From NCBI GenBank assembly GCA_963788195.1, contig CAWBGA010000013.1, forward strand, positions 384,001 through 448,000: 64,000 bases of DNA, in the 5' to 3' direction. Shown in pieces: positions 39,745 through 47,503 of the stretch. The position numbers were made by a program, and so were the translations under genes. Under the pieces are notes generated by a model. That model ran no database searches, was not told the DNA's origin, and was given only the letters and a program-made list of their open reading frames with translations. This DNA is from Nitrospirota bacterium. Lineage in GTDB: Bacteria > Nitrospirota > Nitrospiria > Nitrospirales > NS-4. The number at the start of each line of letters is the position of its first letter. Within the stretch, counting starts at the first letter, position 1.

Positions 39745-40341
39745 ATGAGGCTGAAAAAATCTGCCGGCAATGTCGCAGGAGCTGTCATCCTGGGCTTAAT
39801 GATCGCAAGCTGCGCGACCGACGATGCCCGTGATGTGAAGGTAGGGGAAGGTGAAAGCACCGCACCTGCCAAAGTCTCGCCGGAGGAACGGCTCGAGCAG
39901 CAACGCCAACTGGAAGAGCGTCAACGGGATCAGCGGCAGCAGGATCGGCGCCAGCAGGATCTTGAACGGGCCCAGCATGCCCCTATGCAATCTGTGTACG
40001 CCTCCTTCAGCACTAAAGTGCCCATTGTCGTACAAGATTTAGAGAGGCGACCTGAAAGGACTGTGGCGCAAAGCGACAGGCAAACGGACTCCGGGCGGGT
40101 GGGTGCCATGGGCAAAGAACCCGAGGAACGCCGCAGCTCCGTTACCGGCGAACTTCTGAGGATAGAAGGTGAGTACTTTGTGATTCGTGATACCACCGGA
40201 CAAGAAGTACGGCTACAGGTCACGAATGATACAAAAATGGAGAATGCCGTCCAGGTAGGCGATAGAATCGAAGCACAAGTGTCGGGTGGAAATCACGCGG
40301 AGACGGTTCGGAGTGTGGCCAAACCCGGCGACAACTACTGA
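39745..40341 (+). CDS. hypothetical lipoprotein with C-terminal small beta-barrel domain
   Basis: GAGGAGG RBS; IASC lipobox; VTGELLRIEGEYFVIRD..VQVGDRIEA. Confidence 0.75.
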   Translation: MRLKKSAGNVAGAVILGLMIASCATDDARDVKVGEGESTAPAKVSPEERLEQQRQLEERQRDQRQQDRRQQDLERAQHAPMQSVYASFSTKVPIVVQDLERRPERTVAQSDRQTDSGRVGAMGKEPEERRSSVTGELLRIEGEYFVIRDTTGQEVRLQVTNDTKMENAVQVGDRIEAQVSGGNHAETVRSVAKPGDNY

Positions 40342-40435
40342 AGGGTGCGACCGCCATACTCCGCGTGGTCTGTACCACGAGCACGTCTCACTGTCGTCTG
40401 ATTCGCCCCGGCAAGGCTTGCCATCCGTTCTTGAG

Positions 40436-40810
40436 TCACTGTGCCGCCTGGTTTTTAATGTCCAAGGATCCATGCGAATCAATGATCCTTGCTGCTGTGG
40501 CTACCTGCTCTTCATCTACAGTGACGCAGACCAGAGTGCCTCCTCGGCGGACAGCCTCGGAGTAATACATGGCTCTTTTCTCTGGCATGCCCATCTCCAT
40601 GAGATCGACAGCAACGCTTGATGGGGCTCCTGCCTCTTCGAAAGCCTCTGCTTCTTCTGATGCTGGCTGAAGGGCGCAGGTGGTTCTTTCAGTTGCCATT
40701 TCGGGAATCAGGCGAATGTCATCACGGCGAATAAAGTGGTCGACCAAGCCGTCGACAACGCTTTGCGCCCTCGAAGGGGTCGCAAATAGGCCCATGACTG
40801 TTTTGGCCAT
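40436..40810 (-). CDS. general stress protein (YflT-like)
   Basis: KTVMGLF..AQSVVDGL..LMEMGMPEKRAMYYSEAVRRGGTLV; AAGGAGG RBS. Confidence 0.75.
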   Translation of the reverse strand: MAKTVMGLFATPSRAQSVVDGLVDHFIRRDDIRLIPEMATERTTCALQPASEEAEAFEEAGAPSSVAVDLMEMGMPEKRAMYYSEAVRRGGTLVCVTVDEEQVATAARIIDSHGSLDIKNQAAQ

Positions 40811-40818
40811 AGTGTGCC

Positions 40819-40861
40819 TCCTTCAATGCTGAGTCTTGCTTCCTTCAATGCTTAGTCTTGC
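40819..40861. repeat. 22-bp-period tandem duplication over the RBS region
   Basis: TCCTTCAATGCTGAGTCTTGC / TCCTTCAATGCTTAGTCTTGC. Confidence 0.7.
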
Positions 40862-41018
40862 CGTTTAACCTGCCTTGCATGATGCCACGCTAGCCGCGGT
40901 GATGCCTCCAAACAATAGATAAACCAGGTTCCGCGACGGTTAAAAAGTCCAGTTATGGTGCCCCTTTAATGGAACAACAAGAACCGATATGGGGGAAAGT
41001 TAAAGCTAGGGCAGCGCG

Positions 41019-41543
41019 TCAGAATCGCAAGCCGAAACTGAGCCCTGGTGCAATCTGTGTGGACGTTCCGAGACCGGAGCGACTTTCACTAACGTCAAGT
41101 GAAAACATCGTGGTTAAGCTGTGCTTCGATCTTAAGGCGTACTCCATCCCTACACCGAGCGGAATCACCACAGAGGGTGCAGTCAAAGAAGACTGTAGTT
41201 GGAGAAGTGGATCGCGCTCGAGAAATCCCAGCCCGCTTTGAAGGAACAGTTTGTTCGAGCTTTCTGAATCTGGCAGATCCACCCACAGCCTCGTTTGAGC
41301 CGCATGCCACGTTTGAATAGGGTCCCGTGTGACCAGCAATGCTTCACCAACCGACAGATTCGGCTTCAGAAATAAATCCTGGTTAACTTGCAGGTCGCTT
41401 GACATGAGCGGACGATCGAGAAGACCGGAGGTGCTTAACCCATCGGTGCCCGCGATCCCGGGGACAGGTGCTATGCATCCGATTATGAGTGAGACTGCCA
41501 CGACAGCCCATTGTCTGGGCTTAGGGATTGAAGTCGGATTCAC
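41019..41543 (-). CDS. hypothetical exported protein, beta-barrel-like C-terminus
   Basis: Signal-like N-terminus, IPLGVGMEY, ends GLSFGLRF. Confidence 0.55.
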   Translation of the reverse strand: MNPTSIPKPRQWAVVAVSLIIGCIAPVPGIAGTDGLSTSGLLDRPLMSSDLQVNQDLFLKPNLSVGEALLVTRDPIQTWHAAQTRLWVDLPDSESSNKLFLQSGLGFLERDPLLQLQSSLTAPSVVIPLGVGMEYALRSKHSLTTMFSLDVSESRSGLGTSTQIAPGLSFGLRF

Positions 41544-41676
41544 GAAGTACCCCTCACTGAAATTACCCTATTTTACGATGTCTTCCTTTGATCTGCAACC
41601 GTATATGCCGCCTCGGTGGCGGGTGCAATGGCTGCTCTTGCAGCGACAGCGATCCTCTGTTATGAAAGCACTGGCG

Positions 41677-42405
41677 ATGAGCAGAATAAAACCTCTTAAA
41701 GAGTACGAGGCCAAGCGGCAATTCTCTAAAACGGAAGAACCGCCTCCCAAAACGAAGAGTTCCGGAACGGGTACTCTTTTTGTTATCCAAAAGCACCGTG
41801 CCAGTCATCTGCATTACGATCTGCGGCTCGAAATGGATGGGGTATTAAAGTCATGGGCAGTCCCTAAAGGTCCTTCGCTCGATCCCTCGGTACGGCGATT
41901 AGCTATGGCTGTCGAGGACCATCCACTCGATTATGCTGATTTCGAAGGTATTATCCCTGAGGGAGAATATGGGGGCGGTACGGTTATGGTGTGGGATAGG
42001 GGTGCATATGTGCCCGAGACCAAGATGGAAGGTGGCCTCTCGAAGGGCGAGTTGAAATTCAGTCTGCAAGGAACCAAATTAAAAGGCTCATGGGTTTTGG
42101 TTCGCACGAGTGGGCGGCAATGGTTATTAATTAAACACCGGGATCAGTACGCCACTACGGAAGATATTACGCTGTCGGCCCCACGATCCGTCGTGACGCA
42201 GCGTACACTGGCTGAAATTGCCGAAGATGAAGGTGGGAATATTGAAAAGGCGGCCACAGGAGATCCATCCGTGTTACCGCCCCCGGGTCGGTCGCAAGCG
42301 CCATGCGAAGACCAAGCCCGACCCGAAGTCCACAAGATCAATAGCCTAAAAAGCCCCAAGACGCGGACACGCCGAGGCTCTGCGCGCGATGTTGCTCAAG
42401 AATGA
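41677..42405 (+). CDS. LigD 3'-phosphoesterase module, stand-alone
   Basis: YEAKRQFSKTEEP, FVIQKHRASHLHYDLRLE, SWAVPKGPS, EDHPLDY..YGGGTVMVWDRG. Confidence 0.92.
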   Translation: MSRIKPLKEYEAKRQFSKTEEPPPKTKSSGTGTLFVIQKHRASHLHYDLRLEMDGVLKSWAVPKGPSLDPSVRRLAMAVEDHPLDYADFEGIIPEGEYGGGTVMVWDRGAYVPETKMEGGLSKGELKFSLQGTKLKGSWVLVRTSGRQWLLIKHRDQYATTEDITLSAPRSVVTQRTLAEIAEDEGGNIEKAATGDPSVLPPPGRSQAPCEDQARPEVHKINSLKSPKTRTRRGSARDVAQE

Positions 42406-42416
42406 AGAGGCTTAGG

Positions 42417-42701
42417 TCACGGCTCAATCTTGACGCCTTTCCAGAACGCAATATAGCCGGTGATGGATTTAGCGGCTTCTTTGGGATCTGGATAGTACCA
42501 GGCCGCATCCTTATTTACGTGACCTGAGACGACAATGTTGTAATAGCTTGCAAGGCCTTTCCACGGACACGTCGTATGCGTGGGACTATCCTGAAAGTAT
42601 TGGCGGTCGATCGACGTCGGCGGAAAGTAGTGATTGCCTTCAACAGTCTCTGTCTGATTGCTCTCCGCGAGGACGGCACCGTTCCAAGTAGCCTTGGCCA
42701 T
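42417..42701 (-). CDS. DUF427 domain protein
   Basis: VEGNHYFP, HTTCPWKGLASYY, AAWYYPDP, IAFWKGV. Confidence 0.93.
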   Translation of the reverse strand: MAKATWNGAVLAESNQTETVEGNHYFPPTSIDRQYFQDSPTHTTCPWKGLASYYNIVVSGHVNKDAAWYYPDPKEAAKSITGYIAFWKGVKIEP

Positions 42702-42706
42702 CGTGG

Positions 42707-42976
42707 TCACTTCCCCTTTTCCGGATCCTTCGTTTTTTTCCCCACTTTATCACCGATGTCTCTGATGCCCTGAGTGGCGCGGTGAATCCCTTTACTCGCT
42801 TCATTGCCTACTTCCCTGATCTTGTCTACGAGCGGAGAAGTGGATTGTGAACCCTTGTCGGCGGGCGCCGGGCCTGGCTTGTTGCCCCGCTTCGTGTTCG
42901 TCTCTGCAACGACGGCGGCAGCAATGCCAGACACCAGAGTGAAAATGATGAAGATGCGGTACAAGCTTATCTTCAT
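42707..42976 (-). CDS. small secreted hypothetical protein
   Basis: Signal peptide then Lys-rich amphipathic tail. Confidence 0.65.
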   Translation of the reverse strand: MKISLYRIFIIFTLVSGIAAAVVAETNTKRGNKPGPAPADKGSQSTSPLVDKIREVGNEASKGIHRATQGIRDIGDKVGKKTKDPEKGK

Positions 42977-43022
42977 GGTGAGATATTATAGCAGCACTCA
43001 ATCACATTCACGAGATTGTCAC

Positions 43023-43205
43023 GGGCAAAGGAGTTTGTCTTGAAAACTCCAGGGTGGGCGGGTGTAAAGGGGCAAAGGAGTTTGTCCGACGGGACAAAAG
43101 CCTGTCTTGGCAGGCTTGGGGAGGGCGGGTGAAATGAAACTCCAGGGCAGGTGGGTGTAAAGGGGCAAAGAAGCTGTCTTGGCAGACTTCGGTGCTGGGT
43201 CTGGT
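43023..43205. repeat. array of G-run/hairpin repeat units including one nested insertion
   Basis: GGGCAAA-GGAGTTT-GTCTTGA-AAACTCC-AGGGTGGGCGGGTG and variants. Confidence 0.85.
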
Positions 43206-43241
43206 GTATTGTGCATCAAAGCGAAAATGGTATACTGCGGC

Positions 43242-43820
43242 ATGGATTTCCCCAAGGGACGGGTGAGCGGTCTGGTCTTCGTCCTGGCAGGGCTGCTTCT
43301 CTTTGTTGCAAGCTGCGGTCCCAAAGTCATCCCGAAAGAGTTGGAAGGACAGGTGGACCGCAACGTCTCGTTCCTTCAACTCAAAGAATCACCTCCTGCG
43401 TACAAGAGCCGGCTCGTTGTGCTTGGGGGAGAGGTGCTGTCCGCGAAACGCGGCACTGACAGCACTCGCATTGAAGTTCTCCAGATCCCCTTGAATTCCT
43501 CTTATGAGCCAGTGCAAGATCGCACCACATCGCTAGGGCGCTTTCTCGCTTTGCAAGAACAATTTCTTGATCCGGCGACGGTGCCGGTGGGGAGTCTAGT
43601 CACGGTCGTCGGGGAAGTGATAGGCGCGACGACGATGCCGATTGACGACATCCAATACACCTATCCCACTCTGAAGATACGTCATCTTCACGTCTGGGAG
43701 AACTTACCATCACGCTCCTATGGCCGGACCCCGATGTCGATCGGCATCGGGGGTGGAGTCGGCAGTGGCAGTGGAGGAGGGTTCGGCGGAGTTGGGATCG
43801 GCGGCGGTGTGGGTTTTTAG
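43242..43820 (+). CDS. Slp family outer-membrane lipoprotein
   Basis: VASC lipobox; LGGEVL, IEVLQIPL, GRFLA..FLDP, VTVVGEVIG, YTYP. Confidence 0.88.
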   Translation: MDFPKGRVSGLVFVLAGLLLFVASCGPKVIPKELEGQVDRNVSFLQLKESPPAYKSRLVVLGGEVLSAKRGTDSTRIEVLQIPLNSSYEPVQDRTTSLGRFLALQEQFLDPATVPVGSLVTVVGEVIGATTMPIDDIQYTYPTLKIRHLHVWENLPSRSYGRTPMSIGIGGGVGSGSGGGFGGVGIGGGVGF

Positions 43821-44073
43821 AGCTGTTGGAAGTCTTCATTAATTACATGAATTACATGTTTCACCTTGAGCTAAGATTTGGTAGAGTGCTGACATGACAA
43901 CCACCCTATGGATAGGCGCCGGTCTTTTTACCGGTAGCGTCTTAATCGCATATATTGCCAGGAAATGGCAACGCCGGCAGAAGGCGAGCAAACTGGCCGA
44001 TGTTCTTCTGTCCGACGTCTTGAAAGCCAAGGACTCGTATCGTCGCTAGCACCAGCCGTTTTCTGCGCGCTTA

Positions 44074-45387
44074 ATGCCGCTTGCGCCCTGGATCCACGGT
44101 GTTTTCCGCAAGCCAATCCTTCCCGTAGTATTCTTCTTCGGCGGCGTCAGCTTCGATGCCATTACGCTTACGCGGATTGATCGCCTCTCCGACAACCTTA
44201 TTTTGCTGACCTATCTGGGCATGTTGGGTGTGTTGATTGTACTAATGGGGCGAATCGACACAGCCCCAAACCCCACTACACCCAGCTCGCCATTGCATCC
44301 TCCCATCTCACCCGCCCGCCCCGAGGCTGCCAAGACAGCCGCTTTCCCCGCGTCACCCGCCCTCCCAGAGTTCGCCAAGACGGACTCTTCCTCCCACGGC
44401 CTGGAGGACTCGACCGCTTACAAAGAAAGGCAAGGGGTACCCCTGACAAACTCCTTTGCCCCTGGACAAGCTCCTTCCTCCCCTGAGGCCCCCCTGCTGC
44501 CTCCCGTCGCTGGTTTCGTCGCACGGACACGTGGGTACTATCCCATGGTGATACAGTTCTTGCTCGGGGGCCTGTTCAGCGCCTATGCCGTGTATTATTC
44601 TCGCAGCGCATCCTTTACGAGCACTGCTCTTTTTCTCCTGTTAATGGTCGCGCTTCTCATCTGCAATGAGTTTCTTCGTGATCGGGTGTTCAATTTGAAG
44701 CTCATGCTGGCCTTATACGCCTTTGCCGCATGCAGCTTTTTGACCTTTTTCCTGCCGGTCATTACCGGAAGACTATCCACCGTACTCTTTCTCATTGGTG
44801 CTGTCTTAAGCGCCGTACTCACCGTGGCAATGGCCCGCCTCGTGTATCGCGGAAGCCGTATCCATTCTCCCGCCGAGCCGATAAAGACCGCCATCCCCGC
44901 GCTCCTCGTGGTTGGCGCAGTCATCGTTGCTTACTTCTTAAATTGGATTCCCCCCGTGCCGCTTTCGATGTCCTTCGGCGGCATGTACCATAAAGTGGTG
45001 CGATCAGACGACGCGTATGAGCTGACCTTCGAACGGCCCCCCTGGTACCAATTTGTGAAGCGATCGGATGACCCGTTTCGTGGGCTTGAGGGAGCACATT
45101 GCTTTACTGCCATTTTTGCGCCCGTTGATCTGAACGCCGAAATCTATCATCACTGGCAGCATCGGCGAGGCGGAACGACGGGGCCATTTGGAACGACGGA
45201 CCGCATCCGTCTCGCGATTGTTGGCGGCCGGAAGGGTGGCTACAGAGCGTTTACAGTGAAACAGTTGGTCGCGCCCGGGGACTGGCGCGTAGATGTGGAA
45301 ACCGCTGGAGGACGCATCATCGGCCGCGTTTCTTTTCGCGTGGAGGCCACAACCGACCCCCTGGTTTTCACAACCATCGTGTATTGA
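44074..45387 (+). CDS. DUF2914-type membrane protein with in-frame repeat-derived insertion
   Basis: FFFGGVSFDAITLTRID, QFLLGGLFSAY, IPPVPLS, CFTAIFAP, GGRKGGYR, PGDWRVDVET. Confidence 0.85.
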   Translation: MPLAPWIHGVFRKPILPVVFFFGGVSFDAITLTRIDRLSDNLILLTYLGMLGVLIVLMGRIDTAPNPTTPSSPLHPPISPARPEAAKTAAFPASPALPEFAKTDSSSHGLEDSTAYKERQGVPLTNSFAPGQAPSSPEAPLLPPVAGFVARTRGYYPMVIQFLLGGLFSAYAVYYSRSASFTSTALFLLLMVALLICNEFLRDRVFNLKLMLALYAFAACSFLTFFLPVITGRLSTVLFLIGAVLSAVLTVAMARLVYRGSRIHSPAEPIKTAIPALLVVGAVIVAYFLNWIPPVPLSMSFGGMYHKVVRSDDAYELTFERPPWYQFVKRSDDPFRGLEGAHCFTAIFAPVDLNAEIYHHWQHRRGGTTGPFGTTDRIRLAIVGGRKGGYRAFTVKQLVAPGDWRVDVETAGGRIIGRVSFRVEATTDPLVFTTIVY

Positions 45388-45404
45388 TCAATGCAGTTCT
45401 TGCC

Positions 45405-46016
45405 TTATGGCAACATGAGGAGTCGCGCTTCCTGAAGCGTGCGAACCGGATGTGAGGGGCGATGATGAGAGACATGGGTGATTTGCGAAGAAGGGTAGAG
45501 GACCGTGTAGGGGCCTGAGCCGGCGATCTTGGCTTCCAGGTCAGCGATCGGCCCAAGGCTGCCATCGGGTTCGACGGTGCCCGTCAGCACAAGGTTTGGG
45601 GCAAGCGTTCGGCCTTCGAGCGCGGCCACGGTGCCGATGACGATCGCTCCTGAAAGCGATTCACCCGTGAAACGAAACATACCGCTAAATCCAATGTACA
45701 CCGTGACGCCTTTCGCATCGTAGTTGAGCATTTTTAATCCGTTTTGAAGAGCAGTCACCAACCGGTCTTGGTAATTGCCATTGACCATGCCGGGTCGATG
45801 GTTAAGAATCACTCGAAGGGGTTCCTGAGTCTGAGCGCGCTCCGCTTGAATGAAGATTGCGGGAAGCACTTCGCCCTGCGTTACATTATCGTAAATGAAA
45901 ACCCCGACGATCGGCACGACGACGACGGGCGCCAATGACTCGGCGTGCACGAGGCTCGCAGCCAGTATCACCACGACAGCCATCAGCAGCGTTCGACAGA
46001 TTCGCGAGGCAATCAT
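45405..46016 (-). CDS. secreted stand-alone Lon-type (S16) protease domain
   Basis: Signal peptide; GESLSG ... TGTVEPDGSLGPI ... EAK with Ser-Lys 43 residues apart. Confidence 0.75.
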   Translation of the reverse strand: MIASRICRTLLMAVVVILAASLVHAESLAPVVVVPIVGVFIYDNVTQGEVLPAIFIQAERAQTQEPLRVILNHRPGMVNGNYQDRLVTALQNGLKMLNYDAKGVTVYIGFSGMFRFTGESLSGAIVIGTVAALEGRTLAPNLVLTGTVEPDGSLGPIADLEAKIAGSGPYTVLYPSSQITHVSHHRPSHPVRTLQEARLLMLP

Positions 46017-46266
46017 CTTTTTTGTTCTCAAGTAATTGATAGTTGATGTGTTCTACAGGACTTGTCGGCCGGATCGGATGCCACTTGATCACCTGTGCGT
46101 ATGCTCACAAATTCGTTGAATGTGCGGTTACATACCGACGGATTTATTGGATTAAAACAGCATCCGACATTTTCTTGGCATTCTTGAAGCTTTTGTCTAT
46201 TGATGGCGTTACGGAGAGTTTGATACCCGTGACACAGCTTTGTACCCACCTTTGAAAGGAGCCAAT

Positions 46267-47031
46267 ATGCATATTGTGAAAGGATTGATGGCGTTTGCCG
46301 TACTGCTCAGTTTTTCAACTGTAACGAATGCCGCGAGCGGTCTGCCCGGCGATACATCTTCCGGGATGTCCGGCCAATCCGCTACAGGTGGCCAATCCGG
46401 AGATCAACAGCAGTTCGAGAAGCAGCGGCGTGATCAGGGCATCGGGACCAGCGGGGATCTTCCCATGCAGGACAAGGGCGTGCGCCCCGAAAATCCGCCG
46501 GCAGACCCCAGCAAGAGCGGTAGAGTCAAAGATGAACAGATCATGCTGGGCTCCGCCATCCCCATGGTCAAAGGCGAAGTGCTGAAGGTTGAGGGAGATA
46601 AATACACGGTGAAGGATCAAACCGGCACCGAAGTAAGCCTGATGGTGAATCAGAACACAAGAATGGACTGCGGCCAGGGCACCGGTTCCCTGTCGGGCTT
46701 TCAGCCCCGCGAGCAGACCGCGACGGATCGTCCACTAGGTCAGGGTGATCAGCTTCAGAAACAGAACAAAGAGGGGAAGGTACAGGATCTGTCCCGTACC
46801 AATGAACAACCCGGCAGCGAAGTAGGGAAGGCCATCAAGCCAGGAGAGTCCCCGGATTTGAGCGCTAGTTCCAGTTCACAAGGAGCGTGTGCCTTTAAGC
46901 CTGGCGACAAAATCGAAGCCGAAGTGTCCGACATGGGCGCGGCTACCATGATCAAAAAAGTTTCCGACAAGAGCAAAGGTTCTGACGACAAAGGCATGGG
47001 GGGGCAGCAACCCCAAGAGCGAAAGCGCTAA
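46267..47031 (+). CDS. secreted low-complexity hypothetical protein with split small beta-barrel domain
   Basis: AAGGAG RBS; signal peptide; VKGEVLKVEGDKYTVKD...FKPGDKIEAEV. Confidence 0.75.
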   Translation: MHIVKGLMAFAVLLSFSTVTNAASGLPGDTSSGMSGQSATGGQSGDQQQFEKQRRDQGIGTSGDLPMQDKGVRPENPPADPSKSGRVKDEQIMLGSAIPMVKGEVLKVEGDKYTVKDQTGTEVSLMVNQNTRMDCGQGTGSLSGFQPREQTATDRPLGQGDQLQKQNKEGKVQDLSRTNEQPGSEVGKAIKPGESPDLSASSSSQGACAFKPGDKIEAEVSDMGAATMIKKVSDKSKGSDDKGMGGQQPQERKR

Positions 47032-47042
47032 GGCAGGATATT

Positions 47043-47075
47043 ACCCCGGGCGCTCCAAGGCGCCCGGGGTTTTTT
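47043..47075 (+). terminator. intrinsic terminator
   Basis: ACCCCGGGCGC-TCCAAG-GCGCCCGGGGT followed by T-run. Confidence 0.85.
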
Positions 47076-47081
47076 AAGGCC

Positions 47082-47393
47082 CTAGTTCAGATTGATTGTG
47101 CCGAGTATATTGCCCTCTACATGGGGCGGATGCTCAAATCTGAATCCCGTGGGCACCTTATAATCCATCGTAATCCCATCCAATCGCGGCGCACTGGCGC
47201 CTTCAACCGCGATCTGTAAACCATCCACAGTGTAAACCATATCGCCCGGGTTCGGCGCCGACTCTAACGTGACGCTGAAGGCGATGCGTTTGTGGTCGAG
47301 GTCCTGTATTGCGAGCCGGACGATGGGGTCCTCGGGGTGCTCGGCGATCAATTGAAGTAGTTGTGCGCGTGCCGCCGGTGTAACATGGATCAT
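47082..47393 (-). CDS. HesB/IscA-fold protein lacking cysteines
   Basis: MIHVTPAA..VRL..DMVYTVDGLQIAV..LDGITMDY..GFRFEHP. Confidence 0.75.
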   Translation of the reverse strand: MIHVTPAARAQLLQLIAEHPEDPIVRLAIQDLDHKRIAFSVTLESAPNPGDMVYTVDGLQIAVEGASAPRLDGITMDYKVPTGFRFEHPPHVEGNILGTINLN

Positions 47394-47503
47394 GGGCGAA
47401 TAATAGCCTACTGCTCGCCGCAGCGCACACCTTTTTTGTGAAGGTAACCAAACTCCCCTCGTGTGTTAAGATGTCTGACGATTGACTGGCCGGAGGGTAA
47501 CGC

